From NCBI GenBank assembly GCA_051362555.1, contig CM120644.1:17754534-17818533 (forward strand): a stretch of DNA of 64,000 nucleotides, written 5' to 3'. The DNA comes from Lingula anatina. Its lineage: Eukaryota > Animalia > Brachiopoda. The notes under the pieces are model-generated. The model ran no database searches and was not told the origin of the DNA. It saw nothing but the letters and a program-made list of their open reading frames with translations. Of this stretch, positions 38,515-51,474 are shown in pieces; the first letter of the stretch is position 1; each line of letters opens with the position of its first letter. A program made the position numbers and the translations under genes.

Positions 38515-41500
38515 TCACTGGCACAACAATTGCTTGGTTAATATCTCGTACGTCATGGCTCTTCTGAAGTACGGCATGTGTTCCTGGATAGAAGGACATC
38601 AGTCTTAGATAGGACTTCATTTATATTTCTGCTAACAAAGCATATACGATGAGACATTTGCTAACAACGTATTCTACAGATTCACATCTTTCTGCCACGA
38701 AAGTTTTGGAAAGGACAACATATATTTCTGCTAACAAACATCAGCCCTGGCAATGTTGTCTTCTTTTATTACTGCTGATTTATTGCTAAAGCTCTATACA
38801 AGCCCCCCCCCCCCCCCCCATATCACTCACCCTTACCCACCACAACCAATACCACCACCACCTCATCTCTTAAAATACTGGGTATATATTTAGTTCATAC
38901 CTGAGTAAAAGTGATCTTGGCTCCCCTGGTGGCGTACTCTGCATATTTACATGCAAACACACCACAGTCACTGCCATTCATCTGCTGAGGTATATCCTAC
39001 AAAATAGATATATAAATAAATAAATAAATTCATTTTTACACCAACAGAACACACCCACCTTTACAATCTCATCCCTCCAGCCTGTCATGTCAAAGTACAC
39101 CCACCTTTACAATCTCATCCCTCCGGCCTGTCATGTCAAAGTACCCCCACGTTTACAATTTCATCCCTCCAGCCTGTCATGTGAAAGTACACCCACCTTT
39201 ACAATCTCATCCCTCCAGCCTGTCATGTCAAAGTTCACCCACCTTTACAATCTCATCCCTCCAGCCTGTCATGTCAAAGTACACCCACCTTTACAATCTC
39301 ATCCCTCCAGCCTGTCATGTCAAAGTGCACCCACCTTTACAATCTCATCCCTCCGGCCTGTCATGTCAAAGTACACCCACCTTTACAATCTCATCCCTCC
39401 AGCCTGTCATGTCAAAGTGCACCCACCTTTACAATCTCATCCCTCCGGCCTGTCATGTCAAAGTGCACCCACCTTTACAATCTCATCCCTCCAGCCTGTC
39501 ATGTCAAAGTGCACCCACCTTTACAATCTCATCCCTCCAGCCTGTCATGTCAAAGTACACCCACCTTTACAATCTCATCCCTCCAGCCTGTCATGTCAAA
39601 GTGCACCCACCTTTACAATCTCATCCCTCCAGCCTGTCATGTCAAAGTACACCCACCTTTACAATCTCATCCCTCCAGCCTGTCATGTCAAAGTGCACCC
39701 ACCTTTACAATCTCATCCCTCCAGCCTGTCATGTCAAAGGGTCGTTTCTTCTTGTCCAAACTCTCGTCCAATAAATACTGCCTGTAAACATACAGATTGC
39801 AAAGTCTAAACTTATGAGGAGCATTATGAATACAAGATCAAAACTGTACAAGTACACATCTGAGAGTTGTTAACTTTGAAGAATTAGACAAGAGAGTAGT
39901 CAACTTTAAAGAATTAAATAACAGACCAAATTTGATGGGCCAAGACAAGAGTATTAGCCTGCTTACTAACTTTTATCCAAATAGGTAACTTTATGAAAAA
40001 TAGGAGACAAAGACATAATTTAGGGAACATAATTTCTACATATTTTACAAAGAAACCAAAAAACTGAAAAAGTCCTCCAGCTTGATTTCATGAAGCCACA
40101 GTATTGTTTTATCTTCTTTCTTTACACTGGTATAGGAGAGGAGGGATGGGGGGGGTTAGACTTTCATCTGGGAACTCCCATACTAAAACAGGTCAACCCT
40201 CTCACCTTAATGCCTTCAGACACCCGGTGTTCTTGCCTCCCATGGAGTCAAAATACTTGATTGCTTTTTCTTTGAAGTCAACAAGCTGAAAAAAAGTTAA
40301 ATTTTGATAAAGAAAAATGATGGCTATTTAGTTAGCATAGATTTTGATATATAATATCCATGTATCCATAAGGTCAGATAAAATATAGTACTGATGGATG
40401 ACATCATCACAAAAAATTACATTGATCAATAGTGTTATTGACAATTTTTTGACCAATAAGAGAAAAAGAACCAATGTTAATCAGGAAACATTGTTGGATG
40501 ACAGCGATTTTGAAACTTTCATGTTATTATAGAGGATGCTAACATATAGGTATTAAATTATGTAATAACACAAAGATTTTTTTCTTTTTGGTCAAAGTGT
40601 TGTTTAGACCTAAGAAAAGTAACAACAATTAAAATGTCACGAAAAATTCCAAATTTCCTAAAAATGTTAGACTTGAATTGACTTTTACTCACCGCTAAGC
40701 ACCAATGCATTCCTAGATGAACAGGAACCACTATGTAATCAACTGCGAACACGTCCACCTTTCTCGTCCACCGTTTCAAAGCAGCATGTCCTCCACTCAT
40801 CAACTTGGGGTAGAAGAACGTGTTGAAAGCATGTACTTTACTGCAGTCTTTCTGTTTTCCACGTTCAATGAGAAGATTCATGTAGAAGTTGATCACCTGG
40901 AAATTTTGTTTCATTAAATTTTTCATCATTTTGTTTTCATAAATTTAAATTAAAATTTGAGCAAAATCATGAAAATATTTACTCAAACTGGCCTCCCTTA
41001 TTCCTATATCAAAGAGCACATTTCTAATAAAGCTATCATTCTACGTTTATCTCTAGTTCTAATTCCATCATTGTCCATACATTTAATCTGACAATAAATT
41101 CCAAATCATTCAAACAACTCAAAACAATCAAGGTGCTCATATCTCCTCTCTAAGGTTCTAATACCATCTTTAGTTAATTCACACACTTAATCATTAGGCT
41201 TGTTAAGGACCACAAACTGGGCAAAGGCTGCACTTTGTAAGAATGTCCGACTTGGCATGCATGTTCCTTGGGACAAAAGAAATTTTTATCCCCAGAGACA
41301 ATCTCTATTGATGCATTAATTAGTATAAATATGACTACAAGTACCTCGTCACTCAGCCAGTTCAGCCCTAACAAAGTGCTCATATCTCGTTTTTAAGGTT
41401 TTAAAACCATTTTTTGGTTAATTCACATATTTAATATGACTACGCATACCTCATCATTCGGCCAGTTCAGCCCTAACAAAGTGCTCATATCTCTTTTTTA

Positions 41501-41806
41501 AGGTTTTAAAACCATTTTTTGGTTAATTCACACATTTAATATGACTACAAGTACCTCATCATTCAGCCAGTTCAGCCCTATCAAGGTGCATATAGCTCGT
41601 CTTTAAGGTTTTAAACCATTTTTGGTTAATTCACACATTTAATATGGCTACAAGTACCTCGTCATTCAACCAGTTCAGCCCTAACAAAGTGCTCATATCG
41701 CGTCTTGCTATTCGCAACCCAAATGCCTCCACAAGAATCTGTCCCTCTGGGAAAGGGACCAAAGCATTGTCCACCATGTCTTCCTGCTCGACTGTCAACT
41801 CTGAGG

Positions 41807-41850
<44 letters not shown>

Positions 41851-44800
41851 TAGAGGATCAGAGAGGCGATACCGCCTCCGGATATTGTACCACCAGCTGG
41901 AGTAAGCGCATTTGTATGCCCCCCCCCCCTCCTAAAAGGGACACCATCACCAGTCTTGTGTTTGAAAGGCTCTATAAGATGCAATCAACAAGAGTTCTCA
42001 AAATATGCAAAAAAATATAACTAAAAATGGTACAATCAAGCAGATTTTCGAATTGACTTGCATTTTCCTACCCTTGATCACTACTGTATTCTCTAGACAA
42101 AAGGCCTATTGGTTTTCCTTGAAATGTGTTGTCAATGGTGCATATATGCTGACAAAAGAGAAAACCTAGGGGAAACATGGGCACATCTCTGCTAGTTTTA
42201 AAGATATGAGAGGCAAGAAAATATGCAAAGCTAAGTTCATGGTGAAAAAGTAGGTCAAAGGTCAATTTCAATATCATAGTATATGAATTTCTATTCAAGT
42301 TCCATAGCAACCATGGGCATTTCTTTGCCAATTTTGCAGATTTAAAGGCCAGAAAACATGCAAAAGTAGGTCAAAGGTCAATTTCAAGGTCACAGATTGC
42401 TAGTGTATTACTTCCTATTCAAGTTCAATAGTAACTATGGACCTATCTCTGTCAGTTTTGAAGATAAAGGTGAGCAAAAATTTGCTAAGTTCAGTTCATA
42501 GTAAAAGGAAGGTCAAAGGTTAATTTAAAGGTCACACTTAGATAGCCAGTATATGACTTCCTATTTAAGTTCAATAGTAACTATGGACCTATCTCTGCCA
42601 GTTTTGGAGATAAAAGGGAAAGAAAATCTGCAAAGTTCAATTCATGATGAAAAGTAGGTCAAAGGTCAATTTCAAGGTCACACTTAGATTGCCAGTATAT
42701 AACTTCCTATTCAAGTTCAATAGTAACTATGGACCTATCTCTGCCTGTTTTGGAGATATAAGGGAACGAAAATTTGCAAAGTTCAGTTCATAGTGAAAAG
42801 TAGGTCAATGGTCAATTTTAAGGTCACAATAAATTGCCTCTAATGACTTTCTATTCAAATTCAATAGTAACTTTGGGCATATCTTTGCCAGTTTTGGAGA
42901 TAAAAGAGAACAAAAATTTGCAAAGTTCAGTTCATGGTTAAAAGTAGGTCAAAGGTCAAATTTAAGGTCAGAGTAAATTGTCAGTATATGACTTCCTATT
43001 CAAATTCAATAGTGACTATGGACCTATCTCTGCCAGTTTTGGAGATAAAAGGGAAAGAAAATCTGCAAAGTTCAATTCATGATGAAAAGTAGGTCAAAGG
43101 TCAATTTCAAGGTCACACTTAGATTGCCAGTATATGACTTCCTATTCAAGTTCAATAGTAACTATGGACCTATCTCTGCCAGTTTTGGAGATATAAGGGA
43201 ACAAAATTTTGTAAACTTCAATTCATGGTGAAAAGTAGGTCAAAGGTCAATTTTAAGGTCACAATAAATTGCCTCTAATGACTTTCTATTCAAATTCAAT
43301 AGTAACTATGGGTGTATCTTTGCCAGTTTTGCAGATAAAAGGGAACAAAAATTTGCAAAGTTCAGTTCATGGTAAAAAGTAGGTCAAAGGTCAAATTTAA
43401 GGTCACAGTAAATTGTCAGTATATGACTTCCTATTCAAATTCAATAGTGACTATAGACCTATCTCTGCCAGTTTTGGAGATAAAAGGGAAAGAAAATTGT
43501 CAAAGTTCAATTCATGGTGAAAAGTAGGTCAAAGGTCAATTTTAAGGTCACTGTTAAATTGCCAGTATGCGACTTCCTATTCAACTTTAACAGAAACTAT
43601 GGACCTATCTCTGCCAGTTTTGGAATTATAAGGGAACGAAAATTGGTAAACTTCAATTCATGATGAAAAGTAGGTCAAATGTCAATTTCAAGATCAGAGT
43701 AAATTGCCTCTAATGACTTCCTATTCAAGCTCAATTGTAACTATGGACCTATCTCTGCCAGTTTTGGAGATTAAACGGAACCAAAATTTGCAATGTTAAG
43801 TTCATGGTTAAAAGTAGGTCAAAGGTCAATTTCAAGGTCACACTTAGATAGCCAGTATATGACTTCCTATTCAACTTTAATAGTAACTATTGACCTATCT
43901 CTGCCAGTTTTGGAGATAAAAGGGAACAAAAATTTGCAAAGTTCAGTTCATGGTGAAAAGTAGGTCAAAGGTCAATTTCAAGGTCACATCTAGATTGCAA
44001 GTAAATGACTTCCTATTCAACTTAAATAATAACTATTGACCTATCTCTGCCAGTTTTGGAGATATAAGGGACTAAATGTTACAATTCTGAGTTACATATT
44101 TTATGGCCGCTACTCCCGTGAAAATGCACTGATTGACCCCAAATTCATGGAGATGAAAGATGACCCAAAGGGTAACACTTTCCAATATAATTATTGGTTA
44201 AGTCTGTGTAGTGTCTGAATAACAGTGCAAATAAAATTTTTTTTCGTAAAAAATTTCATTTTTTTGAAAATTTTGGCCCATTTGACCTTGAAATAAAGGT
44301 CAAAGATCTAATCCAAGGGCATATTTGAAATCTACACATATGACTTTTGGAAAGCCGTCTGTAGAAAATTTTCCCATAATTCCTTCCGTAGGGTAGATAA
44401 TTGGCATTGAATTTTCAAAAATTTTGACAAGGGTGCATTTCAACTAGCGTCACGACCAGGTTAATGCACCGACTGAGACAAAAAAACCTGGGGGTTCAAG
44501 TTGAGGTTATATGTGACCTAAATCCAAGAGATGGGGACAGGGGTCCTTGCGGTCTAGGAGGAGAAGCGGTAACGGTGACTTGTATCCGGCGCCAGTACGC
44601 GGAGCCGGCGGAGCCAACGGAGCCGGCGGAGCCAACGGAGCCGGCGGAGCCGGACGAGACGGGTCGGGACTAAAACCATGAGTACCGCCAGCGTACACGC
44701 TGGTGGTACTAATAATGGGATCATCACGGGAACCCTCTGCATGTAAGGTAGATGTGATAACCACTACTTCATGGATAATAATGATTTGAATACCTTTTTT

Positions 44801-47800
44801 TATCTATTAATTGCGGCAAATAGAATAAAGTTTTGCATTCTTCAAACAAATTCAAAAATTACCCAAGACACGAAAAATTAATCATTAACTGGCTACATAT
44901 TAAAACTGCATGCATACTGCTATTTCACAATCAGATGTACACTTTCAAAATGGAGCATGTTACACTGCCTCTAAATATTATCAAAACCAATCAAGTGCCC
45001 ATTCTTTGTCCAATCTGGTAGATGGCACTTAGTCGGAGCAATCAAAAAATTTTTTTGGAAAATCGAACATAAAGTGCTCTATGTTTAAAGTAACCATTTG
45101 ACTACCTGTTTAAGGGTACTCAGAACAGTAATTCTTGCTAGAAATCATTTTGCCTCATTATGCCCAATAATAAAACAAATGTCTCACTGCAAATGGTAAT
45201 TACTCAAGACAAGGGGAAAATTTTATTCTCATTGTTACCTTATGGCCAGCTCAGTCAAAGGCCTTCTCCAGAAATTTAATTTAGGGTCCTGACCAACATC
45301 TACTCACATCAGTAAAAAGAAGGCCTCCAACTGAGTTGACTGTAAGCTAAAGGTGAGGAATAAAATTTAGCTTGTGTTACATAAGTATTGTATATAAGAC
45401 AGTTTGTTACCTGGGAATTCTTCCTCTTCCTCCTTCTCCTCTTCTTCCTCCTCCTCTTCCTCTATGTAAGCCTCCTCTACAACTGGTGGGATGGTTTCTG
45501 TGAGCACCATACGCTGCCTGATCTGTTCTTCTAGAGCTGCTTCTTGTTCTTTACGCTGAAATCAGAATACTTCCCCTCAAAAAACTGTGCATCTGATAAA
45601 CCAATGTAACCAATGGAAAGTTATCCACAGGATTTTGCGTCCTTAATCTCGTTATTCAAGATTTATTTTTTATTGAGACTAGTGATTCTCTGCCACACTT
45701 TTTCTTTAACTGGAATTGCATAGCAAAGATGACAGTTGTTAATCTTATTATGTGCATAATTTCCATGCAGATTTTGATACTATTTTCCTCTGTTATCCTT
45801 AATTGTTTTTTTTTTTTTTTATTATTTCACAACAGTGGTATTTCTTGTGTGGAAACTTACCTAAACAAAAACTGCATGTCAACTTTGTTTTCTTAATTAT
45901 AAAAATCTCAGAAATATGTAGATTATACCTTTTCCTCAAAGTAACTAGACTTGATTTTCTCTTCCTCTATCTGCCTCTTTCTTGCTAATGTTTCACTTTC
46001 AAATCTCTCTTTTCTACAAAAAAAATATTCAAATTTAACAAATACTTCACGCTTTGAAAAGTCATCTTTTAAAAAAATATTTCCAAAATGACATACCTGA
46101 GTAAAATTAATTCATCCTCTTCATATATATTCTTGCAGCATTCTTGCAATAATGAAAATTCAAAAAACGAAATTTCGCCACTCACAGAATATCGACTACT
46201 GTATTAGGTAAAAAGTGTGTAAATAATTGATTGGATCTAGAGTCAAATCACCATGTGGAAGGAGAAATAATCTTACAAGCTATTTATCCACTCGTCAGTC
46301 CAGTAAGGGGAACTTTGTAGTACATCTTGGAAAGCCGGAGGGGACCTGTGGATGAGAAAATCCATTTTTTTTTGTTTATCATCTAAGGAGAACGACCAAA
46401 AAACAAACTATTCAAAAAAGCTTTTATCATCAAAGACATTACTGACTTTCATAAAAAACATTGTACTTTTCAACCAGTTCTTTTCAACTGAAAATTCACT
46501 GAGCTAATATATATCGACTAACAACTACAAAACTTATTAAAAAAACCTTTTCAAATAAAAATCTTATTTGAACTAAGCATCCCTTACTTGGAAGGAGGCT
46601 TTTCATCTAGAATCTCCACAATATCTGGTTCTGCATCTGAAAAATTCCAAAATACATCAAGATTCTGTTCTATTTTTTACTTGTAATCCAAACAGATAAA
46701 ATTTCTTACATTTAACAAGTAGCACTTTATACAAGTAGCACTGTTTAAAGGGATGGGGCTATCTTAGTGACAATATTTTTTAAAACAAGATTAGGGGGTA
46801 ATTAAACTATTGCTTAGCAGCTTCAACAGGCGTGCCAGACATTCAAGCCGCTAAATCTGAATGCAATTTAGTGAGAATCTCCTTGAAGATGGGTCGATCC
46901 TGCTAGATCCATCTAGATATGGGAATGGGGTCTTACCTAAATCTACAATGACAGGCTGATGCCTACCAAGCTTCTTCCTATGTCCAATAGGTGGCGACTC
47001 TGTACTGGTATTCACTAAAGACACCCCTGTGTCACTACTTTTGGTTTTTGGAGGCAGGTGGGTTATAATACTGGCATCTAGATCATTGGGGACCTTCTCT
47101 GTGCTCTCTTTGAGTTCTGGTCTTTTCTGCGACAAAGTCATGTCAGAGGGAGAGATACGCTGCCTCGTGGTGGGAACCAAAACTTCTTGCTGGAATGCTT
47201 TTGGAGCTTTTGGGATGTCGCTTCCAAGGAGAGTGGTGTTGGTCAATGTGCTGAAAGTGAAAAGCTATCATATAGTTTGCTGTCTTTTTTTACATCCTTT
47301 CTGTTAACCACAACTATGCATATACAAATGTTTTCCCAGTGAACCGTCCAGCCGTCATTTGGACAGCCACCAGCATCACTGGATGCTCTATATTTTCAAA
47401 AACAGCTGGACAGCTTATGGATTTTTTGAAAAGATGACGGCTTTAGGCATACTTGGACTCCCTGAAATTTTGTAAGAAATTATAGGAGGTAAATTTAGAG
47501 GGCCTGTACCCCTAATCCTGGGAAAAGCCCTGATATACATATACACACTGGTTATCACACCAAACATGCAAACCAAATATACATGTGCACCTGGTCAAAA
47601 CACGCACACAGGCAAGCATATGCACACATACACCAAACTAACCTATTGCTCGCCATCATGGCCAATGGCAAAGGTCTTTGCCGTGCCGTCACAGAGAAGG
47701 TTCCAGGGAGGATGGGGGTGGTGGTGAACTGTTGTAACAGCTGTCTGTAGCGCTCCTTTTCTTCCATATTTATACTCTGATAAATAAACAAACGATTACT

Positions 47801-50800
47801 ACACAACACAACCTGTCATTTTTTATCATAAGCCAATTAGAAATATTTTTACACAATTTAATTCTCTAAAAAACAACAAGTACAACATGTTTATAAACTT
47901 TTGATGATGCAAGAATTTGAAAAAAATCTTACCTATAAAATGATTAATCATTCATTCATGTCATTTATATAAGTAAAACAAATTCAATAACTTGGCTAAC
48001 CAACAATTCATTTCTTTTCAATGGTTACAAAAAATTTACCTTCTCTTTCTTCAATACAACTTTCTTGATGCTTTCATTGTTCACAGTAACAGGAGTACTA
48101 AATTAAAATAAATGATAAACACACACACACAAAAAAAAAAAAAAGATTCTCTCCTCTTCAGAGAACACGGAAGAATCCCCACCTGTTTGGCTGTGTACAC
48201 TTTTGGAGCAAGCCGACTCGACTGGCCGCTGCTGGTCCGATGGAAACTCTGGCCATTACTCATGTGGAAACTTCCGCCATTTTGCTGTGGGGTCGCCTCA
48301 AAAGTCTTTTCGAACACTGATCTGTAAGAGGGCGGTATGAATTGCTTCTGCTGCTGTTGTGGAGTCTGTGTGGCAGAAGGGATCCTGGTAGAACTGCAAG
48401 GAAAAATGTGAAAATAAAAATGTGTATAAATGACAATAAACCTCACTTTGCAATTACATTAAGGATCTCAGGGACAAGGAAATGAATTATGACATCAAAT
48501 GGGCAATTCCTAACTGATCCGCGGACTATATATGGCCAACCCCACTTCAAAAGTGATGTCACTAATTCCATGATGGTCTCCCCATCTCCACACGTGCTGT
48601 CGCAGCAGGGGCCTAGCAATTAAACTTGGGAGCTGAGATTTCATCCATTTAACGGCACGTGTGGAGTCGGGGAGACCATCATGGAATTAGGGGCATCACT
48701 TTTAAAGTGTGGTCGTCCATATTTAGTCGGCTGATCAGTTAGTACTCAGATCGGATCCTCAGATCATCTATTTTAAATGGCCCCCTAGAGCAGCCAAGCC
48801 AAATTCCAATATTTCCAAACAAACGGTCAATTATGTTTATGTTACAAATATTATAACATCACAGCATTGTCAGCATACCAAAAAGAATGAGCTACTAAAA
48901 AAGGTAGACATGTAAGAAATCCTCTACAAATCAATGAAAATGCCAACAACAACAACAACAAATGTTGCCACAATGACTTATACAGTAATTAAGTGGGGGT
49001 CTTGGGAACATAAATGCACAACAGCCAAATATCTGAATTTCCAAAATTTGGAAAACTTTCCTTTCCATATTAAAGTATTCATGCAACCACCCCTGTGGGA
49101 AAACCTATACATAGATGTGATGCCAACCTGCGTGGAGGGGCCACTCCTCGTCCTGTACTCCCTGGTTTAGACCCAGGGGGTCTGTCTCCTCGACCCCCTT
49201 CTCTGTACCCCCGGGGTTGGCCTTCCTCTGATCTCCCACTGCTTCTGTCTGTTTATAATAATGGTAACAGGAAGAATTAGTCATGTTTCACACTTGTGCT
49301 CATTATTTCCTTTCACTAACAGCAATGTTTATTTAAATGCACGTTATAAACAAAATATTCAAAAATTCAAAAGAGCATCACTTCATTTAAAACAGATCCC
49401 TAATACTGATTATATTATTTCAATATTATAAATCAAACAAAATTCTACAAAATAAAGCTTCAATACCAAAACAATCTTACTGAAGTTCCTGAAGTTTACA
49501 TAATTTAAAATAAATTTTTTATATTTTTCTTAGCAACCTTTAAATATCTAAATCAAAGCAAATGAATATAAGCCACCTGACCTGGTTTCATCCCAGCTGA
49601 CGAAGCAGCAGATGATGAGGATGGAGGGACGGGATAGGAGCGGAAGAGATTCAGCTTGCGTATGTCAGCATTGGGCGGTGGTGGAGGATGCCACTCCTCT
49701 GGCTCTGACCTCTGACCTATGGACAGCATCAGAAGATTTATAACGTGTACAAAGGGTCCATAAGCTGGTGGCCATTGTTACTGTAGCTATTCCTCTGTGA
49801 TAGCATACATACACATTATTTTTTATTAATCTCTCTCCGGACTCATAATGTATATCACGAAATATACTATTTTATGATTTCATGTTGATGCTGGTGATAA
49901 TGACATGACCTTCTTTTCTGACATGAGAATTTTTATCTGGTCCCTCCAGTCAGTTCACCTGTGTAATAATAAACCTTACGTGCGAGATATAACAGCCTAA
50001 AAATGTGTTTCAAAGCTAAGCATAGATCGCACTCGAGTGACAATTTTAATATCATAACTACGCTTATGCTGACAGCACATTATGCCAAATGCATATCACC
50101 ATTAAAATTGGCAGCTGGTATTATAAAATATATTCATAATAAATATCTAGTGGAAACCCCTGGGTACATAACAGTAAAATCATTTCTATAAGTCTGGGCA
50201 TACTTTTTTCAAATATTACATGATGAAAAGCACATCAGCCCCACAAAGCAATTTTAATCAAGAACTGATAACAAAAGATTACATATCTGATCAAGACATA
50301 ACAGTCAAAAGAAAAGTATGCGATTAAAATTTGGGTTCTGATCCCCAACAATTCCAAGATCACAGTTTCTTCAAATCAAATGTTCTCCAATGTTAAGTTG
50401 TAGATTTTATTGTCTAATTCATATGAATTTTCTGCGTGAGTAGTAAAAATAGGAACAGTAGTCCTGCAAATCAAATGACTTAAGATATTTATGGTATTTA
50501 TGGCTCTTTTTTACAGGGTCTAAATATTCCATCATTCTCTCAAGGCCTAAGTGTTTCATCAGCAAATGCCTACTAGCACAGTATAGTAATATTTGTACAA
50601 GATAAATTTATTCAATGCTAGTCAAGGACTACTTGTCAATCACTGATAGAAAAGTTAATTTTTCGAGGTTAAAAAAAGTTGTGCAAAAGGGCAACTATGT
50701 AGGAAGCTGCCGAAAGAAGTGTTACGTCTGCAAACACTGTTGAAAACAGACACATGGCCCACAGCTGTTCAGCCGAACGTGGAATCACAGCACACCACTG

Positions 50801-51423
50801 CAAACCAAAGGTGTCGCCAGCAGTTACAAGACAAGCTGCATCCAAAGTGCCACCAACAGAACTGGCAAACTGAGGCTATTCAAATATTCCCCAGAAATTA
50901 GTAAAAGGAATATCAGATCAGTGTTCCCTGATTTTTCTTCTGTGACACTCCCAATTTGTCTACTGTCATTTGATAAGATATCAAATAATGTAACAAAGTA
51001 AAATTTTTATCTTCAAAAAAAAAAAAAAAAAATTACTAAGCCATAAAAAAATTACATCCCAATCAATTTTTTTATAAAATAGCAAGCAACAAAATAAAGT
51101 CCTGTAATAATTCATAATTTTTTCTCTCAAAAGACATATAGATATGAAACCAAAGTACAACGTTTCAACCTCACCAAGACTTTCTTTAGTTCAAGCTGAG
51201 TGCAAATGAAGGAAAACTGCATAATTCTCCCAAATTTTCAAAACAATCCCAAAACACCAAGCATTAGACTGTGCTATCAGTCACCACACTCTTTACCTTC
51301 ACAATTGAATGATTTTCCAGAATGAATCGAAGGCCTTGCAAATGCACTTTTGGCAGCTTCTAATTATGCAAAATAGAGGTGTGTATGCATTTTTAATTAT
51401 TTCTTTTGAGCAATTGTGCATGC

Positions 51424-51474
<51 letters not shown>

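Noticed and set aside
39051-39740. CRISPR-like appearance of the regular repeat array
   Set aside because: No unique spacers, no cas genes, eukaryotic context; units derive from a host exon/intron junction
39087-39809. Three overlapping plus-strand repetitive ORFs (240, 213, 156 aa)
   Set aside because: Artefacts of the 46-bp minisatellite, which lacks plus-strand stops; the real coding strand is minus (SENP)
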